A stretch of 62,316 nt of DNA, the filler included. It is 5 parts of 5 records of this genome, joined end to end, with 100 filler letters (N's around TTAATTAATTAA, not from the genome) between each part and the next. Parts side by side here need not be neighbours in the genome. Positions count along the whole stretch, not along the records: positions 56,878 to 62,316 come from SRR31156797_11251; 4 more parts are not named here. The stretch is one strand, 5' to 3'. Positions 56,987 through 62,316 of this stretch are shown piece after piece; positions within the stretch are counted from its first letter, which is position 1, and each line of letters begins with the position of its first letter. Position numbers and translations under genes: made by a program. The notes below the pieces were generated by a model, which saw only the letters and a list, made by a program, of their open reading frames with translations, was not told the DNA's origin and did no database searches.

Positions 56987-59560
56987 TTATGCAGAGTTTC
57001 TGCTGGCATTGATATTTCCGAACATGGCACGAATAACCATTTTCTCGAAAACCTCAAGAGGAATATCGCTTTTGCCATTTTGAGCTTCCTGAATCTTCAT
57101 TAAACCATATTGCTGAATCATTAATAGTGGCAATACAATTCTTTCTCTCAAGCGAATGCTCATTTGGCTTCTTGGATTATCTGTTAATAAATCATCCATC
57201 TCAGAAACCTTCAATAGCATCTCTTTAGTCAGTAAATATTCTTCGTAAAGCATCTTCCAGAAGTCACCGAATCTTTCATTTTTTTCAAGATAGCGGGTTA
57301 ATTCAAAGTTGGTTTTACTCATACTTTGCATACTATTTGAAAGAAGTGTTTTAAAGAAAATAGAGTCTCTGTATAAGTCAATGCATGCCTGTAGGTTGCC
57401 TTTTTCTTCTTGTTCTTTAAGAGCTGATCCTAAACCAAAAAATCCGGGAACATTTTGTTTTAACTGGCTCCAGGCTCCAACAAAAGGTATGGCTCTTAAA
57501 TCATCAAAGTTAATTTTACCACCGCCTCCGCGTTTACTTGGTCTACTTCCGATGTTTGCCTTGCCATAGTATTTCAACGTGCTTATTTCCTCTAAATACG
57601 GAAGGAATAAAGAATGTTCTTTAAGTGATAAATATTTTTTATAGCTACTTTCTGCCATCTCAGCGATGAAATCATGCTGCTCTTGTTGTAATTCGTTTTG
57701 AGGTTTTGTAAACAGCTTATTGGATAAACCTGCAGTAAGCAGATACCCCATGTTATGCATGGCTGCTTCCTTAATTCCGTAATGAGAACTAATGGTTTGC
57801 CCTTGAACTGTCATTTGAATTTGACGACTTTCGATGTTTTTACCCATTGCAGCATAAAAACGGTGCGCATTACCACCTCCACGAGCCGGAGGTCCACCAC
57901 GTCCATCAAAGAATACGACTTCTACATCGTTCTCGCGAGATTTAAGCGTAATGTTTTCTTTCGCAGAGAAAATAGCCCAGTTGGCCATTAGGTAACCACC
58001 ATCTTTGGTACCATCGGAGAAACCTAACATTACAGTTTGCCTGTCTAATCTGTTTTTTAGATGTTTGCGATAAGTTGGATTAGCATATAAAGTCTGCATA
58101 GCTTCTCCAGCCATTTTTAAATCATCAATGGTTTCAAATAAAGGTACGATATCAACCGTTAGTTCATCATCATATCCCCATCCACAAATTCTAAACATGG
58201 CTAATACTCTGGCCACATCAATTGGTCCACGACAGTTGCTGATGATATAACGATGTGCACCTCTTTCTCCATTCATTTTTTGAATATCCTTGATAACACC
58301 AAATGAGGCTACTGTATCACGCACTACTTCATCCTCAAAAATGCTGGGATCAGCAACACCTTTTACGTTCATCAAGAGTTGAATTTGCTCTGCTTCCGGC
58401 ATCTCAAATAAATTAGCCGGCAGTAAATCAGGATATGCTTTTACTACTTCTTTTAAGGCTTTTGCAATAATTCGGCTATCCTGACGAATATCGATGCTAG
58501 CCATGAAAAATCCAAAGAGTTGTACTTTGCGTTTTAAGCTTTGAAGTTTTTCAACAAATAATCCTTGATGATTTTCAATGATCAAACTTTCAATCTCATC
58601 TAATCGATTAAGGAAATTATCTAATTTCACATTAGCTGCTCCGGTGGCATTACTTAATTCAGCCTTAAAAAGTGTTTCTATTTCAACGATTTTATCATGA
58701 ACTCCGGCAAAAGTTATTCTTCGCTTTAATTCTTTGATATCATGAAAATAGCAATTAGAAACAGTGTTACGTAAGCGAGCTGCTACCTCTTTAGTTGTGT
58801 CAACGGTTACGTACGGGTTACCATCACGATCGCCACCAGGCCAGAATCCTAAGGAAATGAATTGGTTATTTTGCTCCAAAGCATCTTTGTAATCTTCCGC
58901 TGTTTTATCTAATATTTGACCAATTGCCGGATAAAAAGTATCACGTAAATAATAAGTCAAACGATTAGCCTCGTCCAAAGGTGTTGGCTTTATTTTCTGG
59001 AAGAAAGGAGTTTTTCCCAACTGCTGAAGCAGGTCTCTTATTTCGCCCACCTGACCGGCTTTAATGGCTTCCATTAAATCGGTAATAATGGCCAGAACCT
59101 GAGAAGGGTAAAACTGCGTTGGGTGCGCTGTAAGAACCACCCTAACACCGAACTCCTTAATTAAATCGGCCATTTTATCCATTAAACTTGCCTTTTTAAC
59201 CCTATCGCTTAAAGTGCCATAAGAGTTTTCCCCTTTTATGCGGTGAATTTTATTGTAGGCAGCATCTTCTAAAGCATCAATCAATACAATTTGTCTTTCA
59301 ATGTATTGGATAACTTTAAAAAGGAAATCATTTTGCTCATCCTCCGAAAGCTCCGATTTGTGGCTTGCAAAGAATTTTTGAATAATAGAAACCGGATCTT
59401 CACCATTTTCAAGACCGGAAGCAGATGCCTGGTAAAGCAAAGGAATCAGATTTCCGGCTTTTTCAACAGCCTCCAGTTGTAAGGATAGGAAAAGACTGTT
59501 GTACAACTGATACTTCAGTTCAATCTCTTCTTCGTACGATTTTACAATTTGACTATTCAT
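56987..59560 (-). CDS. ppc: phosphoenolpyruvate carboxylase
   Basis: VLTAHPT, GGDRDGNP, VPLFET, VMLGFSDGTKDGG, GRGG, IGSRP, LRAIP. Confidence 0.96.
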   Translation of the reverse strand: MNSQIVKSYEEEIELKYQLYNSLFLSLQLEAVEKAGNLIPLLYQASASGLENGEDPVSIIQKFFASHKSELSEDEQNDFLFKVIQYIERQIVLIDALEDAAYNKIHRIKGENSYGTLSDRVKKASLMDKMADLIKEFGVRVVLTAHPTQFYPSQVLAIITDLMEAIKAGQVGEIRDLLQQLGKTPFFQKIKPTPLDEANRLTYYLRDTFYPAIGQILDKTAEDYKDALEQNNQFISLGFWPGGDRDGNPYVTVDTTKEVAARLRNTVSNCYFHDIKELKRRITFAGVHDKIVEIETLFKAELSNATGAANVKLDNFLNRLDEIESLIIENHQGLFVEKLQSLKRKVQLFGFFMASIDIRQDSRIIAKALKEVVKAYPDLLPANLFEMPEAEQIQLLMNVKGVADPSIFEDEVVRDTVASFGVIKDIQKMNGERGAHRYIISNCRGPIDVARVLAMFRICGWGYDDELTVDIVPLFETIDDLKMAGEAMQTLYANPTYRKHLKNRLDRQTVMLGFSDGTKDGGYLMANWAIFSAKENITLKSRENDVEVVFFDGRGGPPARGGGNAHRFYAAMGKNIESRQIQMTVQGQTISSHYGIKEAAMHNMGYLLTAGLSNKLFTKPQNELQQEQHDFIAEMAESSYKKYLSLKEHSLFLPYLEEISTLKYYGKANIGSRPSKRGGGGKINFDDLRAIPFVGAWSQLKQNVPGFFGLGSALKEQEEKGNLQACIDLYRDSIFFKTLLSNSMQSMSKTNFELTRYLEKNERFGDFWKMLYEEYLLTKEMLLKVSEMDDLLTDNPRSQMSIRLRERIVLPLLMIQQYGLMKIQEAQNGKSDIPLEVFEKMVIRAMFGNINASRNSA

Positions 59561-59627
59561 AATTTCGAAAAATAGTTTTAGAGATATAAGATTTTTTCTT
59601 AAATATCTTTTAGATTTTCAATTCATT

Positions 59628-59657
59628 AAAAAAAGGCACTTAGAAAGTACCCTTTTT
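59628..59657 (-). terminator. rho-independent terminator after glnS
   Basis: Minus strand AGGGTACTT-TCT-AAGTGCCTT followed by a T-run. Confidence 0.7.
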
Positions 59658-59685
59658 CAAATTTAAAAATTTATGGAATACTAAC

Positions 59686-61395
59686 TTATTTTTTCTTTGC
59701 CCAACTATCTTTTAAGGCAACAGTTCTATTAAAAATAAGTTTATTCGAAGTTGAATCTTTATCAATACAAAAATATCCTACTCTTTGGAATTGGAATTTA
59801 TCCAGTGTTTTAGCTTCTTTTAAAGAAGGTTCTACTTTCGCATTGACAATCTTTAAAGAATCCGGATTAATAAATTCCAGATGATCTTTCTCTTTTTGAG
59901 AAGCTGGTGCTTCGTGATTGTATAATCGATCGTACATTCTCACCTCTGCATCAACCGCATGGTCAACAGATACCCAATGAAGGATACCTTTTATTTTACG
60001 GGTAACCGTTGTTGCACCACTTTTCGTTTCCGGATCGTAAGTGCAATAAATTTCTTCAATTTCTCCGGCTTCATTCTTTTTAAAGTCGGTGCAAGTTACT
60101 GCGTAAGCTCCTTTCAAACGGACTTCGCGGCCAGGACCTAAACGAAAGAACTTTCTTGGAGGTTCCTCCATAAAGTCATCACGCTCTATGTAAACTTCTC
60201 GTCCGAACGGTAACATGCGAGCGCCTTGTGACTCATCTTCCGGATTATTAATGACTTCCACTTCCTCTGTTTGATCTTCTGGATAATTAGTGATGATAAG
60301 TTTAACCGGATCAATCACTGCATTAACACGAGGTGCCCTTTTATTTAAATCTTCTCGAATACAGCTTTCCAACAAAGCTACATATGTAATACTATCACGA
60401 TTAGTTACACCTATTCTATCAGCAAACTGGCGAATGGATTCGGGTGTATAACCCCTTCTTCTTAAGCCTGAAACTGTAGGCATTCGCGGATCATCCCAGC
60501 CTGCAACAATTTCTTTCTGAACTAACTCAAGAAGCTTACGCTTACTCATAACTGTATAGTTCAGATTTAAACGGGCAAATTCTATTTGTCGTGGGCGGAC
60601 TTTATTTTCTAATTCAGTATCGCCATCAATAATTTGATCTAAGAACCAATCATATAAAGGACGATGTACTTTAAATTCAAGTGTACAAATAGAGTGGGTG
60701 ATACCTTCTATGAAATCTTCCTGACCATGTGCAAAATCATACATCGGATAAATACACCATTTATCGCCGGTACGATGATGCGATTGGTGAATAATACGGT
60801 ACATTAATGGATCTCGCATATGCATGTTTGGAGAAGCCATATCAATTTTTGCCCGCAATACTTTTTCTCCTGCAGCAAACTCTCCTTTTTTCATTCTTTC
60901 GAATAAATCCAGATTTTCCTCGACAGAACGATTTCGGAATGGACTCTCTTTCCCGGGTTCTGTGGGTGTTCCTTTTTGCGTGGCAATCGTTTCTGCTGAT
61001 TGATCATCCACATAAGCCTTTCCTTTTTCAATAAGTTTTACAGCCCAAAGGTATAACTGGTCAAAATAGTCAGAAGCAAATCGCACATCGCCTTCCCAAT
61101 TAAAACCTAACCATTTTACATCTTCCTGTATGCTGTCTACATATTCTACATCTTCCTTAACCGGATTAGTATCATCGAACCTTAGGTTACAACCACCTCC
61201 GTATTTCTGGGCAAGACTAAAATTTAAACAGATTGATTTTGCATGTCCGATATGCAAATACCCGTTTGGTTCAGGAGGAAAGCGGGTTAATACAGCACCT
61301 CCATTCTTATTTTCCGCTAAATCTTTGTCAATCTCCAGATGAATAAAATTCGATTTTTTTTCTTCCGGGGCTTTTTCTCCGTTGTTCTTGCTCAT
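59686..61395 (-). CDS. glnS: glutamine--tRNA ligase
   Basis: [16 protein letters not shown] (HIGH), [32 protein letters not shown]. Confidence 0.97.
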   Translation of the reverse strand: MSKNNGEKAPEEKKSNFIHLEIDKDLAENKNGGAVLTRFPPEPNGYLHIGHAKSICLNFSLAQKYGGGCNLRFDDTNPVKEDVEYVDSIQEDVKWLGFNWEGDVRFASDYFDQLYLWAVKLIEKGKAYVDDQSAETIATQKGTPTEPGKESPFRNRSVEENLDLFERMKKGEFAAGEKVLRAKIDMASPNMHMRDPLMYRIIHQSHHRTGDKWCIYPMYDFAHGQEDFIEGITHSICTLEFKVHRPLYDWFLDQIIDGDTELENKVRPRQIEFARLNLNYTVMSKRKLLELVQKEIVAGWDDPRMPTVSGLRRRGYTPESIRQFADRIGVTNRDSITYVALLESCIREDLNKRAPRVNAVIDPVKLIITNYPEDQTEEVEVINNPEDESQGARMLPFGREVYIERDDFMEEPPRKFFRLGPGREVRLKGAYAVTCTDFKKNEAGEIEEIYCTYDPETKSGATTVTRKIKGILHWVSVDHAVDAEVRMYDRLYNHEAPASQKEKDHLEFINPDSLKIVNAKVEPSLKEAKTLDKFQFQRVGYFCIDKDSTSNKLIFNRTVALKDSWAKKK

Positions 61396-61544
61396 AGGTA
61401 ATTTATTAGATGTTTAGATAAGAGATAAAAGACAAAAGGAACACTCTAATCTTCATCCTGATAACTAATTTTATTATTTCTATTGCTTTTTCCTCAATTA
61501 AAACTATACCGTAATTATTATCAATATAGTTAAAATGAAGCTTA

Positions 61545-61552
61545 CAAAAATA
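61545..61552 (-). promoter_or_regulatory. Bacteroidota -7 promoter element upstream of glnS
   Basis: TATTTTTG on the minus strand. Confidence 0.4.
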
Positions 61553-61684
61553 AAGCTTTTAAGGATATAGAACCATAATATTTATTCAATAAGTAAAAAA
61601 ACATGCAGGGATAAACAAATTCTTTCGGGTTTTGTCTTTAATCATTATATGATATATATAAATTCGCACCCAAAATAAGATGTA

Positions 61685-62041
61685 ATGCAAAAAGGAATTA
61701 TTGAGCTGGAAGAAATGGAATTTTACGCTTACCATGGTTGTTTTAAAGAAGAACAAGTGGTTGGTAATCGATTTATTGTAAATATTGCGATTCAGGTAAA
61801 TGTGGATAAACCCAGCGAATCAGACAATATTATGGATGCTTTGAATTACGTTGCAGTTTATGAAATAGCAAAGAAAGAGATGATGCAAACATCACATTTG
61901 GTAGAACATGTTACAGAAAGGATACTGAACTCTATCCATGATACTTTTGATTATGTAGACTGGGTTAAAGTGAAGGTTTCGAAAATGAACCCACCAATGG
62001 GAGGGCAAATGAAAGCAGTAAGTGTTACCTTGCAGCGATAA
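61685..62041 (+). CDS. folB: dihydroneopterin aldolase
   Basis: FYAYHGCFKEE, LNY, LVEH, VSKMNPPMGG. Confidence 0.95.
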   Translation: MQKGIIELEEMEFYAYHGCFKEEQVVGNRFIVNIAIQVNVDKPSESDNIMDALNYVAVYEIAKKEMMQTSHLVEHVTERILNSIHDTFDYVDWVKVKVSKMNPPMGGQMKAVSVTLQR

Positions 62042-62119
62042 TTTTATTGCTATTATAGATTGATTATTAGCTGCAAAGAATTATTTTAATAGAAAATATA
62101 ATTCAAAAGCTAAATATTA

Positions 62120-62151
62120 TTTGCGAGGAAAGGAATTATTTGCTTATTTTG
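62120..62151 (+). promoter_or_regulatory. Bacteroidota -33/-7 promoter of tRNA-Cys
   Basis: TTTG (62120-62123), 20 nt, TTATTTTG (62144-62151). Confidence 0.5.
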
Positions 62152-62167
62152 CATCCCGAATCAAAAG

Positions 62168-62239
62168 GGTTCCTTGGCCGAGTGGCTTAGGCACTGGTCT
62201 GCAAAACCAGGTACGGCGGTTCGAATCCGCCAGGAACCT
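62168..62239 (+). tRNA. tRNA-Cys(GCA)
   Basis: GGTTCCT/AGGAACC acceptor stem, U discriminator, CTGGT-CTGCAAA-ACCAG anticodon arm, GGTTCGAATCC; CCA not encoded. Confidence 0.94.
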
Positions 62240-62249
62240 CTAAGAATAA

Positions 62250-62282
62250 AAAAGGATTGAAACTTTAGGTTTTGATCCTTTT
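62250..62282 (+). terminator. terminator after tRNA-Cys
   Basis: AAAAGGATTGAAAC-TTTAG-GTTTTGATCCTTTT. Confidence 0.7.
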
Positions 62283-62316
62283 CTTAGTATGTCGGGCATG
62301 GTAACGTGCTATCAAG

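Noticed and set aside
56987-59560. PEPC motif deviations (FDGRGG, LRAIPF, C-terminal RNSA instead of FHGRGG, LRAIPW, RNTG)
   Set aside because: As far as I recall these are usual in Bacteroidota PEPCs. The core catalytic motifs are intact, so this is not a pseudogene or a novelty.
62168-62242. tRNA-Cys lacks an encoded CCA
   Set aside because: Common in Bacteroidota, where CCA is added enzymatically. No integrase or att duplication is visible in the remaining sequence.
1-62316. CRISPR arrays, cas genes, reverse transcriptases, integrases, transposases, defence systems, rRNA
   Set aside because: I saw no repeat-spacer periodicity or diagnostic motifs. All long repeats found lie within protein-coding sequence.

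Overview
This window is not one locus. It is five unrelated contig pieces joined by artificial 100-bp spacers (N44-TTAATTAATTAA-N44) at 31956-32055, 39802-39901, 49883-49982 and 56778-56877, so adjacency across spacers means nothing. (1) 1-31955 is AT-rich and Bacteroidota-like: dprA, a giant 8545-aa SprB-like adhesin with a type B T9SS C-terminal domain followed by a PorP/SprF-family gene, a lipoprotein-type OmpH/Skp, a GT2-like gene and an FtsB-like gene. (2) 32056-39801 is GC-rich and alphaproteobacterial-like: LysE, LysR with a divergent small ORF, a YgeA-type racemase, acuI, Sel1, SDR, tRNA-Met, and an orphan uxaB bracketed by a degenerate duplication of the tRNA 3' end. (3) 39902-49882 is Desulfobacterota-like: a TetR-MFP-RND efflux unit with two copies of a palindromic operator, a secreted VWA protein with four EH-motif repeats, an M23 peptidase, an MtaD-like deaminase, DUF1015 and a methyltransferase. 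(4) 49983-56777 is a Desulfobacterota-like flagellar region (fliD-fliS-fliT-like-flaG convergent with flgK-flgL-csrA-fliW) in which FliD and FlgL both carry tandem copies of what appears to be the same ~110-aa inserted module. (5) 56878-62316 is Bacteroidota-like housekeeping: ppc, glnS, folB, tRNA-Cys. The best candidates for novelty are the shared FliD/FlgL module, the giant adhesin with its ~900-aa triplicated super-repeat, the tRNA-linked uxaB islet and the VWA repeat protein. Taxonomic and family calls come from composition and motif recognition only; no searches were run.
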